IMG/VR virus record: IMGVR_UViG_3300048582_000118
Location: 687 to 64,686 of that record
Source: a virus
Lineage: Duplodnaviria; Caudoviricetes
Reading direction: 5' to 3' (one strand)
DNA: 64,000 nucleotides
The notes under the pieces are model-generated. The model saw only the letters and a program-made list of their open reading frames with translations. It searched no databases and was not told the DNA's origin. Positions 46,220-58,008 of the stretch are shown here, one piece after another; the stretch's first letter is position 1, and the number at the start of each line of letters is the position of its first letter. The translations under genes and the position numbers were made by a program.

Positions 46220-49200
46220 ATGGCAAATAAGACAGATACAATTAAACAGCTACCGGCGATTTTTCAAACAGTCGTCGAACGTAAATTCTTTGATTCTACA
46301 TTCGATCAAGTATTCTCTAAGAAAGATTCCGAAAGATTAACTGGGTATATCGGTCGTCGTATCGGCGGATCTTACAATCCTAACGATGATTTTTATTTAC
46401 CAGAGCCTACTAAGGACCGCACCTGGTATCAGTTAGAACCGATGTCGTCGGTACTTAATGTCGATACTCTGGCTCGTACTAATCAATTCTTTTACGATGA
46501 TCTCATTAACACTATACAATTCTACGGCGGAAACGTCGAAAATCACGACAGGCTGTTTAACTCGTTCTACTACTGCTATTCTCCACCTATAGATGCTGAC
46601 AAGTATGTAAACTATCAGAACTATTTCTGGTTACCAGATCGACTACCTATTATTAGTGTATATAACGTCGATGACACAGCAGTTGAAACTGAAATTTTAG
46701 GCAATGCCCAGTATATTGCGCCGAATGGGTTTAAATTTATTAACTCCATTATTGTTAATTTCCCCGATTCAGTGTCGTATCGAGATCCGTACACAGTGAT
46801 AAACGTGGGACGTTCGATTAATTTTATCCCCGATTATCCAGAAATACTTACAGTAAAGAAGTATAATCTGTTGCCGTGGGACAGCAAAGTATCGGTAGCC
46901 GGCACAACTGTTAATAATAATGCATGGGGTATGCTGCCGTGGGATGCAATTGATTCGACTACAACTACACCGGATTATATTACAATGGAAATGGGGTCCA
47001 TAGATAGGAATGCCTGGTCTAGGACTAACAAGTGGTATCACATTGATACAATAAATGAAGTTGTGTTAGCGACCGGTACTTCTTTTCCGAATAATGCGGT
47101 AAGAGCTCAACGGCCTATCTTGGAATTTTTTAAAAGCATAGAACTATACGGCTCTGGTAGCAACTTTGTAGCAGATGTGAATTACTTCTTAGCTAGCGGT
47201 ACCCCATCGGAATTTGAGTGTAATCCTTTAGTGGAAAATTTTAATACTATAACATTTAACGATGTACAAGGCACCCCTTTATCTGTAGTGAAACTCATTC
47301 CGTCGCTTTCTACAATTTCTGCAGGAGAAACGCTAGTGTTCCCGTGCGATAGTTCGGGAGCATATCTGCTGAATGCAGAGTGGGCAGCCGGCATTAACAA
47401 TAAATGGGATACATTAAACTGGGATTCTTCAGTTATTTTAGACGAAAACGGCGACCCTGTTCCGGTTAAGAACTTTGTTTGGCAAGTAGTTATACGAAAA
47501 GATTCGTACGGAGTAGATACCGTCGTATTAGTTCCTTACATTAGTCAAGCTAACGTAACCAGAGCTTCGTCCCCTGCTGTGGCAGAAATGAAAGACGGCG
47601 ACATTATACTAATTGTTTCGGGTAGAACAAGATTCGAAGATCCGGTTGCCGGGCATTACGGAGAAACGTATTACTTTAGCAACGGACTATGGAGACTCGC
47701 TGCTAACCAAAAAACCGGAAATAATCAACCGCTGAAATTTAATTTATACGACATTGAACACAACAGCTTAGACTCGCCTACCTACCCAGATAGTAACTTT
47801 CGTGGAAGTGAAATATTTTCCTATAAAGTAGACGACGAGCCCAATGCAGTTGTAGATCCTGTGTTAGGTTTTCCTATCGTATATAAATCCTTAGGACAAA
47901 CATCTGACATTATGTTTGAAAATGATTTACAGGTAGATAGATATGAGTACGTAATAGACTCTTCCATTTATCCCATTATCGGCTACTACTACTACAAAAA
48001 AATAACCGGAACCGACGAAGACATATACGAAAATTCGTGGTACTCCGTTGCTAACTTTAGTAAGCAAGATGTAATAGAACACTATGTAGTCATAGATGAA
48101 ACAGACGATGAATTTATTCTAAGTGTCGCCCCGTATGAACAATCTATCGACAATTTAATTGTTAAGGTTGACGGCGTGCCCACCGATAAGTTCACATACG
48201 CTCTTAAAAATGGTAACCCTGTTATAAAAATTACACAAAAGGTTAAAAAAGATCAAGCCATTGAAATAGCTATCTACACATATGATTACTTAACCAGGAC
48301 AGACACCGGATATTTTGAAATACCTCAACAGCTCGAAGCTAATCCAGTTAACGCAGAAGTAAAAGAACAGAGCTTCGGGGAATTCAGCATACACTTCGGT
48401 ACTATCATGGAAAATCAGATAGGGTTCGAGGGAAGTCCACTCGGGTATAATAACTATAGGAATACTGCAAGAGATCCGTCCCTAGGTACAAAGATCTTAC
48501 AAAACGAATCTTCATTACTAAAATCAATGTTCGTATCCGGCAACGATGATCTAAACGCAATACGTGCCATTCGTTTCGCCGGTAACGACTACGTAAATTA
48601 CAGAGCAAAATTTTTAAAAATTGCTACTCAATTGTGGAACAGAGGTTTTAAACCCTTTATACAACAAGGCGATTTAGAACCAGATCTATGGTTAGAAGAA
48701 ATTTTAAAAGTTATTACAGTATCTAGGGAGTTTTCTTCCGCATTTGCATACTCCTACATGCTTGCTCGTTCAGACGTTTTTAGTGCGGCCGAAATCGTGA
48801 ATACGTCAGCTAATGAGGTGTACACTCCGTTACCGGTCGACCTAACCGATCCTCGCAACGCAATGTACTTATATCACGTGACTGATGCCTTCAATAATAA
48901 CATTTACTCTAATAGTCAACTATTAGTTGTGAACGTTGATTACGACATTGTTGATTACACTACCGGTGCGTTTGTGTTTAAACCTGCAGGTCAGGTTCAG
49001 ATAGGCGACAAAATTGCAATTCGTGTGTATAACGATAGTATTCCTGCTTACTTACCTGCTACTCCTACTAAACTAGGTACCACAACTGCGCAAATACCCG
49101 CAATAGTGCTAGATGCTTCGTATGCTACACCAGTATTGATGATTGTAGGTCACGACGGATCTCGTACACCGGTATTCGGCACATACGATACTGCGGCATC

Positions 49201-52200
49201 GGTATTACGGCAAAGGCTCGTTTCGTTATACGAGGACGTTACGCAAGTTGATATACGCGACGTGATGTTACTCGAATTAGAACGAAGAATATATAACGGA
49301 CTTAATCCGAGATTTACAGTAGATAGCGATGTGCTGTTAAGAATCGTAGATATCCGTCCAGGCGCATTTAGACAAACGTACAATCCGGGTATTTGTAAAT
49401 TCGAACCCACAGCTCGCAATAGATATACTCGTAAAGAGTACTACAACATCACCGAATCTTATTTTGCAAAATGGACTGCTGAAAACAAAGCAGACTATCG
49501 CCAAAATGAATTCTTTGATCCGGCAGACTGGAGAACGTGGAATTATAGCAGTCAAACCGACAACGTGCTTTTTATAGGTAACAAATTGCCAGGACACTGG
49601 AAAGGTGCGTTCCGTCAATATTACGACACTGTCTATCCTGCTACTGCACCATGGCAGATGCTAGGTTACGATATTAAACCAGTATGGTGGGAAGAAGAAT
49701 ATGGTCCTTATCCATGGGTAGCTACTAACAAGATGTGGGCAGATTTAGAAGCTGGCATCCCTGCTAGAGGAGATATTAAGGCAGGACAAGCACGATATTC
49801 TCGCCCAGGTTTGTCACAAGTACTACCGGTGTATGCAGATGGATTACCGAAGCCTCTTCCGGAGATATTCGGTATCACTGCGACTGCATGGCAAGGTATG
49901 GCTGACGACTGGGTATACGGGGACGGTTCTCCAGTAGAGCAAGCGTGGTACGATTCGCCGGAATATAAATTCTCTGAGCTAGAATTCTTTTACCTGATGC
50001 GCCCTGCTGAGTTCGGCGAAAAGTTCTGGAATCCAGGGCAAGTTCGTTACTTCGGATATCAGCTTCTAGACGAAGTAACAAAAGAGCGTCAAAAGAATTC
50101 TACACTTGTAGTACACGGCGAAGTTGTTGACAATGAGGTTACGTACAAGTCGGGATATCAGCAATATATCACTGATTATTTGCTGTTTTTGGGCAAAGAT
50201 ATCACAGTAGATTTCGGTGACAAAGTAAGACGCCTTGACGTTCAGTTAGGGCATAAAATGGCGTCTTTTACTGATAAAGATACAATGCGTGTTAGACTGC
50301 AAAGCGCAGGCGCAGGGACATCTTTAGGTGGCCTAATCATACCAACTGACAACTATCAGGTGAACTTATATCAAGGCGCATCTATAGCTGATTACGTGTA
50401 CAGCGGAGTCATTATTAGGGCAAGGGCAAACGGCGGGTTTAGTGTCTACGGGTATGATTTGTTAAGTCAGTCGTTTAAAATGCTTCCGCCAATTACAAAC
50501 GGAAAACAACAGCGTGTTAACTCTGGTGGCACACCTGCACCTTTTACTGATTTTGAATTTAACCGAGCATATAAAGCCGGTGACATAGTAAGATATAACA
50601 CTAGATTTTATTCTTCTAAGAAAGATCAAATAGCGACCATATTTAATTCTAAGGATTGGTATAAACTAGCGGCACTGCCTCAAACCGGTGGACAAACCGT
50701 AATATGGTACCAAGAGAGGGCAGCCGACGTTGCTATCATACCTTACGGAACAACATTCCACAACGTGCAAGACGTATATGACTTTTTAATAGGATATGGT
50801 CAGTGGCTAGAATCAATGGGCTGGGTATACGACTCAATTAACGAGCTTAATCAAGTGTTAGATTGGAAAAACTCGGCCGATCAATTCCTATTCTGGGTAT
50901 CTAGTAACTGGGCGCCAGACGAATCTTTGTTTGTTAGTCCAGGCTCGGAAGCACCTACATTACGTGTCAAGGAAGGTTATCCCGACTCAGTTGAAAAAAT
51001 GTCCAACGGGGTGTACAGCATACTAAACAAGTTTGGTGTAGCAATACAACCAGCAGATACAGTGGTCAATCGCGAAGATAAATTTATACAAGTTATCCCT
51101 AAAACACCGGGCGAAGGAATCTATTATTTACGCATAAGTGCAAAAGAGACAGAACACATACTAACTTTTGATAACACAACTAGCTTCAACGATATCGTAT
51201 ACGATCCTTTATTGAATGTTAGGCAAGAAAGGCTAGAATTTACCGGTACCAGAACATTAGGCTGGTTCGGAAAAATGGAGGCCGGTGGTTACTTAGTTAG
51301 GAATAGTAGACTAGTGCAAAACTTTGATAACATTGTCGAAAGCATCCGTTACTACTATGACTCAGATAAGCCACTTGACAATCCTGAGATTGACGCAGGT
51401 GCTAGACATTTAATCGGATACGTAAACAGAGAATTCTTAGATCAATTAGATGTATCCGATGATGTACAATTTAATTTCTATCAAGGATTCATTAGGCAAA
51501 AAGGTACAGCTAATGCCATTACTAAGTTGCTTCGCTCCGACGAAATTCAAGATAAAGACGAAATTAGCTTCTTTGAAGAATGGGCTATCAAGATGGGAGA
51601 ATATGGTGGCACAGCTGAAAACTTGTCAGTGGAGTTTGTATCTAAATTTGACGACGTAAGAACTGATCCGCAAATCTATAGATTAGATCATAAGCATTCC
51701 GGCGAAGGCGTCATTAAGAAGATTGTAATATTTAACGCTGAAGAACTATACAACGAACCACCAGAAATCTTAGTTTCTTTGCCTTACACTATCAATCCGC
51801 TCATATATGATCCGGAGAATCCGCCAGAGCCGACGTATAGCAATAAGATTGCAAAAGCAGTAATTGACAGGACCACTCGTAAGCTCATAAGGATAGATGT
51901 CATTGATAATAGCCATGTGTACACTGTAGCACCGTCTGTTCTAATTGTGCCTAAGTCCAATGCAGTGACCGGGTCATCTACATTTGCAACCACTGCTAGA
52001 TCGGTGACTTATGACAACAATCTAACTAATAATGATAAAGCATACGCGGTGTTGCAAATGGACATCGTTACCGATGAACAATTAGACACTATTATAGATA
52101 TTGATATAGACGACAATGTTAATTGGATATATTATCCTCCCGAGTATTCAGTTCCTCTTACAAATAAGTCGTGGACTAGTTACGAGACTCCTAATGCGGG

Positions 52201-55200
52201 ATATGTGCATTTAGATGATGTAGATTACATTGCGTTTGACAACGACGCATTGCATGTACTATGGAAAGAAGAAATCCCGACCAACGGAGATACTGTATGG
52301 GTGGCTAAAACTTCTCAAGAAAAATGGGGAGTATACATTGTTAAGCCTGCAGACAACACGTACGGATTAGAAGCAGATGCAGATGGCGTAATATCATTTA
52401 CTGTTGACTCATCAGCATTCGGCGGCGTCTCCGTATTGCAAAACACTAACATCTGGTACAACTCTTCATTTACTATACCTCCTGCAACAGTATTACCACA
52501 GACACCTTTTGTCGGTGTAAAAGGTGTAGTTAATATTAAATTACCCGATGGTAAAAATACTCTGTATGACTTTGCAGGATCACTGAACGAGACAGCAACA
52601 GCTTATGTTTATCATTTAATAAATCAAAATGGCACTATAGTGAACCTTGATGAAGAATTTGCCGATATTGATTTATCGGCGGTCGAGTATTCGCAGTTAA
52701 TTAATTTAAGATTTAAAAATCTTTCAGAAGTGCCCAATATATTAACGGGGCCTTATTTTTGGATTGATGAGGTTCCTGTAACCGCTGGCGTGCCTGCACA
52801 CGGCACTAAGTGGGTAGTTTACGAAAGTAATAAAACAGTTCCTCACAGAGAGCAAATATTACTAATTGACACGCAATTGTACAATAATGCCTACTTGCGT
52901 AATAGAGCCACTGATAACTTTATTTCGTATGCATCTATATGCGATCCTTTTAAAGACGTGATGTTAGGACAAATATCTCAGAATATTACATATAGAACAT
53001 CTAACGATCCTGCACGTTACAATAACGCTAGCAACCCGAGATTAATAAACACTAACTTGATGTTCGGTGATAAACAATTGGGCCTATTATGGTGGGATCA
53101 ATCTACTATTAGGTACTTGCAGTACGAGCAATCACCTGACCTGATAAAACTCGCCGATGATCCTGCTAAAGAAAGAACTGCGGTATTAGAATACAATCGC
53201 ACAAATTGGGCTAAGCCGTTCCCAGGTTCTGTTGCAAACGTATACGAGTGGACAGAAAGTATATATCTACCGGCCGACTATAACGGCACAGGCACACCTA
53301 GGAATACCACCGACTACGTGTCTATCATAACACAGAACAATGTTACTGGCATGCCGCAAGTAAAATACTATTACTGGGTTAATAGAGCAGAAGATATTCC
53401 TAATAATGCTAGTAGAACATTATCTGCTCGTAATGTTGCTGCATTGATAATGAATCCGGACTTTTTACTGCAACCTTGGTACGCCCCGGTACAAGAAACT
53501 GGTCACTCGACAAGTTATATATTCGGTGTAACGAACCCTACGTTAACAAATCAAAACGTTAATATTGAGATTGATTATAAATTAAGAGCAGACGCCAACG
53601 AAGTTCATATGCAATGGCTATTACTAGACGAAGGTAATAGATTCTCTATCGTGCCCGATCAGCACTGGGATAAGATGGTAGACTCGTTAGTGGGATACAC
53701 CGTAGAGTTACCTAAAAATGATTTCCCGCACGGTGTATCTGTTTCGGACAATACTGTAGTCTTGCCGGTGCCTGCGTATAATCTAAGCGAACAACAGCAA
53801 CTAGGCATAGGAATACGCCCGCAACAAACCATGTTCCGAGATATTCGTGCTGCTAGAAAGATTATGACACAGTCCGTCAATGCTTTGATGACTACTGTTA
53901 GAATCTGGGCCGATAGGTTTGACGGATGGGATAATAACGTAACTTCTAATCAATTCTGGGGTTATGTTGACTGGTTCCTGCCCGGTTACGATGCTGATAA
54001 CACTATTGCAAAATTGCAGGTAAACGATTACGACCAGCTGTACAAGTTAGTGAATAAAGTGCCCGATGGGCAACTAGTTAAGGTATTCCCGTTTATGCCG
54101 GATATCAACGACAAGTACGAAATACATCAATATGTTGCCGAAGTTGAAGCATTCATATTAGTCCGCAAAGAAGATGGCACCATTGCATTTAAGGACACTG
54201 TATTTTCTGAAATATACTCTAGCACACTTAGAAGAGAGATACGAGAACTGCTAACTGCACTAAAGGAAAACGTATTTATCGGCGACTTTAAGGTATACGA
54301 AAATTTAGTATTCTTTGCAATGATGAACTATACATTTAGTGAACAAGATGGAGTAGACTGGGCGTTTAAAACTTCCTACATATCGTTTATACAAGATAAT
54401 ATTATACTGAAGCAAAATCCTATATTCCGTTCGGACTTGTTGACTGAATTTTTAAATTACATTCAAGAAGCTAAACCATTCCGTACAAAGGTCCGTGAAA
54501 CCACTACTATCATTGCGACTGCAATTGACACTGCCGAAGGTACTGCATACGATGACGCAATGGGAGATTTTGCGTGCGTGCCGTTGCCTGTTCCGTTCCC
54601 GGATCCTGTTTATCCCGGTGAAATAGTAACAGAAACATGTACGTGGATTAACGATTCTATCACCGAAACGTTGCGCAACTTTAAATTAACTGTTGATTTT
54701 AGTCGCACAAACTGCTCCAATCCGTCGGCTGTGTGTAAGCAGCAGATAATTGATGCAGGGCCATTTGTACTAGGCTGGGACGCATTCTATAATACAGAAT
54801 CGTTCTTAATGGGCTGGAATACAGTTACTCACTTGCCGGGCACAACATTTATATTCTTGTATTTCGGCTGGGACGACTCAGCATGGGACGATGTGAATTT
54901 CCCTATTAACGTCATTAAGTATCCAGACGAAGGGGTAGTGAATACTTCGAATGTTATGATTGATGCTGAGGATTTTATATACCCATACGCTTCTCCGGAG
55001 GAGTTGGTCCCGTTAGATCCAGTAGAAAGTATTGTAATGTTATCCACATACGACAACGTAATTGAACCTGCCGATGAATCACAGGCTGCAATTGATGCAG
55101 CAGAAAGGCATAGCGTCGGTTTTAGAATAAACCTTAATCCGATGACATGGGTAGAGTATGTGAGAGTTTCCGACAAGTTCACAACAAGACTAGCAGTCGA

Positions 55201-55783
55201 CTTAACACCGGACTCGACTATTATTCAGCTCACAGATGCAAGCATGTTTAGTCAGCCTGAACCAGGGATAGCTAATGTAATATGGGTAGACGCTAAGACC
55301 GAATTAATCGACGACAACGGCAACCCTGTACTTGACGACCAAGGTAATGTTGTAACAGTTTCGTGGGGCTCCGAAAGAATTGAGTATCGCGGCAAGACAG
55401 GGAACACATTGTTTGACATTACCCGTGGAACTATGGGAACCACGATTGTAGCTTTTGCCAGTGCCGCAGTAAGTAAAGTAAGTGACGGAAACATGTCGCA
55501 ATACATAGTTAGACCAGACAATGTCACTGTGTCGAATCAAGGGACAATTCTTGCATCGGGTGAAATTTTGCCTGGATCAGTGACGCTTACTGCCAACAAT
55601 TACTATCCGCCGACCGTCGAAGGAGACCCGATCGTAGTAGAAAGTTCGAATATACAAGTACCTAACGTAGATCCGTGGTTCAAACTATACAAGGCTAATT
55701 CGGGTCTACCGGAAGATAATGCGTTAATTGCGTCTACCGAACAGGCTAGATTCTTGTTTAATTTACCATACGACAATAACTGA
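46220..55783 (+). CDS. Very large (3187 aa) baseplate wedge protein, gp7-position analogue
   Basis: Follows gp6; N-terminal LP.IFQT and YQLEP, FYQGFIRQKGT.NAI, C-terminal YIQEAKPFRTK and ERIEY...RGT.GT. Confidence 0.65.
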   Translation: MANKTDTIKQLPAIFQTVVERKFFDSTFDQVFSKKDSERLTGYIGRRIGGSYNPNDDFYLPEPTKDRTWYQLEPMSSVLNVDTLARTNQFFYDDLINTIQFYGGNVENHDRLFNSFYYCYSPPIDADKYVNYQNYFWLPDRLPIISVYNVDDTAVETEILGNAQYIAPNGFKFINSIIVNFPDSVSYRDPYTVINVGRSINFIPDYPEILTVKKYNLLPWDSKVSVAGTTVNNNAWGMLPWDAIDSTTTTPDYITMEMGSIDRNAWSRTNKWYHIDTINEVVLATGTSFPNNAVRAQRPILEFFKSIELYGSGSNFVADVNYFLASGTPSEFECNPLVENFNTITFNDVQGTPLSVVKLIPSLSTISAGETLVFPCDSSGAYLLNAEWAAGINNKWDTLNWDSSVILDENGDPVPVKNFVWQVVIRKDSYGVDTVVLVPYISQANVTRASSPAVAEMKDGDIILIVSGRTRFEDPVAGHYGETYYFSNGLWRLAANQKTGNNQPLKFNLYDIEHNSLDSPTYPDSNFRGSEIFSYKVDDEPNAVVDPVLGFPIVYKSLGQTSDIMFENDLQVDRYEYVIDSSIYPIIGYYYYKKITGTDEDIYENSWYSVANFSKQDVIEHYVVIDETDDEFILSVAPYEQSIDNLIVKVDGVPTDKFTYALKNGNPVIKITQKVKKDQAIEIAIYTYDYLTRTDTGYFEIPQQLEANPVNAEVKEQSFGEFSIHFGTIMENQIGFEGSPLGYNNYRNTARDPSLGTKILQNESSLLKSMFVSGNDDLNAIRAIRFAGNDYVNYRAKFLKIATQLWNRGFKPFIQQGDLEPDLWLEEILKVITVSREFSSAFAYSYMLARSDVFSAAEIVNTSANEVYTPLPVDLTDPRNAMYLYHVTDAFNNNIYSNSQLLVVNVDYDIVDYTTGAFVFKPAGQVQIGDKIAIRVYNDSIPAYLPATPTKLGTTTAQIPAIVLDASYATPVLMIVGHDGSRTPVFGTYDTAASVLRQRLVSLYEDVTQVDIRDVMLLELERRIYNGLNPRFTVDSDVLLRIVDIRPGAFRQTYNPGICKFEPTARNRYTRKEYYNITESYFAKWTAENKADYRQNEFFDPADWRTWNYSSQTDNVLFIGNKLPGHWKGAFRQYYDTVYPATAPWQMLGYDIKPVWWEEEYGPYPWVATNKMWADLEAGIPARGDIKAGQARYSRPGLSQVLPVYADGLPKPLPEIFGITATAWQGMADDWVYGDGSPVEQAWYDSPEYKFSELEFFYLMRPAEFGEKFWNPGQVRYFGYQLLDEVTKERQKNSTLVVHGEVVDNEVTYKSGYQQYITDYLLFLGKDITVDFGDKVRRLDVQLGHKMASFTDKDTMRVRLQSAGAGTSLGGLIIPTDNYQVNLYQGASIADYVYSGVIIRARANGGFSVYGYDLLSQSFKMLPPITNGKQQRVNSGGTPAPFTDFEFNRAYKAGDIVRYNTRFYSSKKDQIATIFNSKDWYKLAALPQTGGQTVIWYQERAADVAIIPYGTTFHNVQDVYDFLIGYGQWLESMGWVYDSINELNQVLDWKNSADQFLFWVSSNWAPDESLFVSPGSEAPTLRVKEGYPDSVEKMSNGVYSILNKFGVAIQPADTVVNREDKFIQVIPKTPGEGIYYLRISAKETEHILTFDNTTSFNDIVYDPLLNVRQERLEFTGTRTLGWFGKMEAGGYLVRNSRLVQNFDNIVESIRYYYDSDKPLDNPEIDAGARHLIGYVNREFLDQLDVSDDVQFNFYQGFIRQKGTANAITKLLRSDEIQDKDEISFFEEWAIKMGEYGGTAENLSVEFVSKFDDVRTDPQIYRLDHKHSGEGVIKKIVIFNAEELYNEPPEILVSLPYTINPLIYDPENPPEPTYSNKIAKAVIDRTTRKLIRIDVIDNSHVYTVAPSVLIVPKSNAVTGSSTFATTARSVTYDNNLTNNDKAYAVLQMDIVTDEQLDTIIDIDIDDNVNWIYYPPEYSVPLTNKSWTSYETPNAGYVHLDDVDYIAFDNDALHVLWKEEIPTNGDTVWVAKTSQEKWGVYIVKPADNTYGLEADADGVISFTVDSSAFGGVSVLQNTNIWYNSSFTIPPATVLPQTPFVGVKGVVNIKLPDGKNTLYDFAGSLNETATAYVYHLINQNGTIVNLDEEFADIDLSAVEYSQLINLRFKNLSEVPNILTGPYFWIDEVPVTAGVPAHGTKWVVYESNKTVPHREQILLIDTQLYNNAYLRNRATDNFISYASICDPFKDVMLGQISQNITYRTSNDPARYNNASNPRLINTNLMFGDKQLGLLWWDQSTIRYLQYEQSPDLIKLADDPAKERTAVLEYNRTNWAKPFPGSVANVYEWTESIYLPADYNGTGTPRNTTDYVSIITQNNVTGMPQVKYYYWVNRAEDIPNNASRTLSARNVAALIMNPDFLLQPWYAPVQETGHSTSYIFGVTNPTLTNQNVNIEIDYKLRADANEVHMQWLLLDEGNRFSIVPDQHWDKMVDSLVGYTVELPKNDFPHGVSVSDNTVVLPVPAYNLSEQQQLGIGIRPQQTMFRDIRAARKIMTQSVNALMTTVRIWADRFDGWDNNVTSNQFWGYVDWFLPGYDADNTIAKLQVNDYDQLYKLVNKVPDGQLVKVFPFMPDINDKYEIHQYVAEVEAFILVRKEDGTIAFKDTVFSEIYSSTLRREIRELLTALKENVFIGDFKVYENLVFFAMMNYTFSEQDGVDWAFKTSYISFIQDNIILKQNPIFRSDLLTEFLNYIQEAKPFRTKVRETTTIIATAIDTAEGTAYDDAMGDFACVPLPVPFPDPVYPGEIVTETCTWINDSITETLRNFKLTVDFSRTNCSNPSAVCKQQIIDAGPFVLGWDAFYNTESFLMGWNTVTHLPGTTFIFLYFGWDDSAWDDVNFPINVIKYPDEGVVNTSNVMIDAEDFIYPYASPEELVPLDPVESIVMLSTYDNVIEPADESQAAIDAAERHSVGFRINLNPMTWVEYVRVSDKFTTRLAVDLTPDSTIIQLTDASMFSQPEPGIANVIWVDAKTELIDDNGNPVLDDQGNVVTVSWGSERIEYRGKTGNTLFDITRGTMGTTIVAFASAAVSKVSDGNMSQYIVRPDNVTVSNQGTILASGEILPGSVTLTANNYYPPTVEGDPIVVESSNIQVPNVDPWFKLYKANSGLPEDNALIASTEQARFLFNLPYDNN

Positions 55784-55789
55784 TAAATA
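55782..55789 (+). promoter_or_regulatory. Putative late promoter GATAAATA
   Basis: Overlaps the stop of the 3187-aa gene, upstream of fibre gene 55816. Confidence 0.6.
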
Positions 55790-55815
55790 CATTAAATTGC
55801 AGCAAAGGACATAAC

Positions 55816-57492
55816 ATGGCATATAAAATTTTCAAATCCGACGGAACAGAAGTCATTATACAGAACGGTGTCTCCGATGAGCCGTTTAGTATAGATTTCG
55901 TCGGCCGAAACACAGTTAATTACGGTGCAACTATTGCCACTACACAGTTACATCTGTTAGAGAATTTTGCTAATAATGCTGCTCCGGTGGACCCTACTAG
56001 GGGGCAATTGTGGTACGATACTGTTAAGAGGATTGTGTGTGTTAATAACGGAGCCCCTGTCGGTACTTATCCTGCCAACTGGGACAGGTTAGTGTCTGCC
56101 ATTACTGTCGGTACTGCTCCTAATATTTTATACGACATAGGTAAGGCAACCGAACCGTATAATTACATATATGCAACCGGATTTATGGGTAAATATGCTG
56201 GCACTATCGGACCAGTGACTAACGACGCTCTTTCCCCAACTTCGTTTGACGAAATACACTCGAAACTTTTTTACGGTAGATTTAAAGGTACATTCGAGGG
56301 AACCGGCGACTACTCTAGAACCGCAGGAGCGTTAACATCTACAAGAAATATCAACGCAACCGGCGATGCGACAGGTACAGCGTTTTTAAATTTAACTACG
56401 ATTGATCCTGTTACTCCGGATGTGCCTTTTAATATTAATGTAAACAGCTTTAAACCATTTAGAATTTCGTTATCAAATGGTGCGCAAGGAACTTCTAACA
56501 ACATCACCGGATCTGGCAGTAACCCGTTAGTCACATTTGATATACCGGTTACTGTACTGCCATCTGGACACCGACACACTAATTTGCCAACTGCAAATAC
56601 ACCGCCGACATCGCTTACTGTATCTTCACCGAGCAACGCACCGACTACGGCGTTAGCGGTATATTTTACTGCTACTAATACCATTGGCGGCGGCACAGCC
56701 ACTAGTGCTAATTCCGACTTAATTGTGTTGAATACTTCTACCGGCGCCGGACTGCTCAATGCATTAGAATTTGATAAACAAACGCGCACGCTTCGACATT
56801 GGCAAGCACCACCTGGTTCCACAAACTGGGGCAGTCCGCGCACATTGGCATACACCGATAGTAACATAACCGGTAATGTAACTGGCAACGTATCGGGATC
56901 AGCCGGAAGTCTTTCCCCAGGCTTCGCTATATCGTTGTCGGGTCAAGCAACCGGGCTGTCGGGCGTCAGCAACGGCACAGGCACAATAAACGTTCCTGTG
57001 ACAGCTATCGGCAACGCAGGCAGCGCCACAAGGTTGCAAACAGCAAGAACAATTAACGGTGTGCCATTTGACGGCACAACAAATATAAACATCCCTACTT
57101 CTGCTCCCCGAGCATATATTGCTTTTAATGGCACTAACGGGGGTGTATACCGAGCTGAAAATTTAACAATAAGCAAAACTGGGACAGGTGCATACAATAT
57201 TATTATTGATCCTGCATTAAGAGACGGCAGCGCATACTGGGCAGCAACAGTCGGTAATGTTTCTAGCGGCGTCACTGAACAAAGTGCAGGAATCACATCA
57301 GCGAATAACACACTAAACATTTATAATTGTTGGGTGTCCGATAACTCCTTTACATGGGGATTTTCCCTACGTGCAGCAAGGACGTTCAACGTGTATTCTG
57401 TTTTCTCAGCCGCAGATGGCGACGGCAATGCTACTCAAATGTTTGGTGTTACTGCGGTTGACCCCACATACATCGCCGTTACGTTATATTAA
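55816..57492 (+). CDS. Tail fibre/receptor-binding protein
   Basis: Baseplate-anchor N-terminus (GRN..YG...HLLENFA...GQLWYD), LQTARTINGVPFDGT repeat, tip domain RAYIAFNG...TGAY. Confidence 0.75.
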   Translation: MAYKIFKSDGTEVIIQNGVSDEPFSIDFVGRNTVNYGATIATTQLHLLENFANNAAPVDPTRGQLWYDTVKRIVCVNNGAPVGTYPANWDRLVSAITVGTAPNILYDIGKATEPYNYIYATGFMGKYAGTIGPVTNDALSPTSFDEIHSKLFYGRFKGTFEGTGDYSRTAGALTSTRNINATGDATGTAFLNLTTIDPVTPDVPFNINVNSFKPFRISLSNGAQGTSNNITGSGSNPLVTFDIPVTVLPSGHRHTNLPTANTPPTSLTVSSPSNAPTTALAVYFTATNTIGGGTATSANSDLIVLNTSTGAGLLNALEFDKQTRTLRHWQAPPGSTNWGSPRTLAYTDSNITGNVTGNVSGSAGSLSPGFAISLSGQATGLSGVSNGTGTINVPVTAIGNAGSATRLQTARTINGVPFDGTTNINIPTSAPRAYIAFNGTNGGVYRAENLTISKTGTGAYNIIIDPALRDGSAYWAATVGNVSSGVTEQSAGITSANNTLNIYNCWVSDNSFTWGFSLRAARTFNVYSVFSAADGDGNATQMFGVTAVDPTYIAVTLY

Positions 57493-57501
57493 GGAACTAA
57501 C

Positions 57502-58008
57502 ATGAACATTATATTTTATACATATCCAGAAGGGACAAATAAGGTTGCATTTACTTTATCGGATAAGAGTGTGGATTACTTGAGAGAAATAGATGTTATC
57601 CCGCCTACTTCGTTTACCTTGATAAAACCATACGACCCCAATGCAAAAGCAGAAGAAAAAGCAAAGCTATCGCATGTTGATAAACTTCGTTGGAATTACG
57701 ACAATACAGACGTTGAGTTTGACCTAGAGTTATTAGCTATGGACTTTCTTAAATTTTACAGAGAAATAAGAGAAAATATTTTCAAAACATTAGATCAATA
57801 TCAAACAAGGGCGTTAATTCGTAACAAGACTGATCTCATTAACATGATAGAAGAAGATAAGAAGTCATTAAGGGAGTTTACAGAACACTTAAACTCAAAT
57901 TATAAAACTGCCCGATGTGCAATGGATCTAGTCAATGCTATTCCATATCCGTTAACTGTGGATTACGATGAAAAATACAAAGAAATCTTTAAATCAGAGA
58001 ATATCTGA
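57502..58008 (+). CDS. Putative tail fibre assembly chaperone
   Basis: Follows the fibre gene; REIRE..FKTLD....RAL......IEEDKKSLRE pattern. Confidence 0.55.
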   Translation: MNIIFYTYPEGTNKVAFTLSDKSVDYLREIDVIPPTSFTLIKPYDPNAKAEEKAKLSHVDKLRWNYDNTDVEFDLELLAMDFLKFYREIRENIFKTLDQYQTRALIRNKTDLINMIEEDKKSLREFTEHLNSNYKTARCAMDLVNAIPYPLTVDYDEKYKEIFKSENI

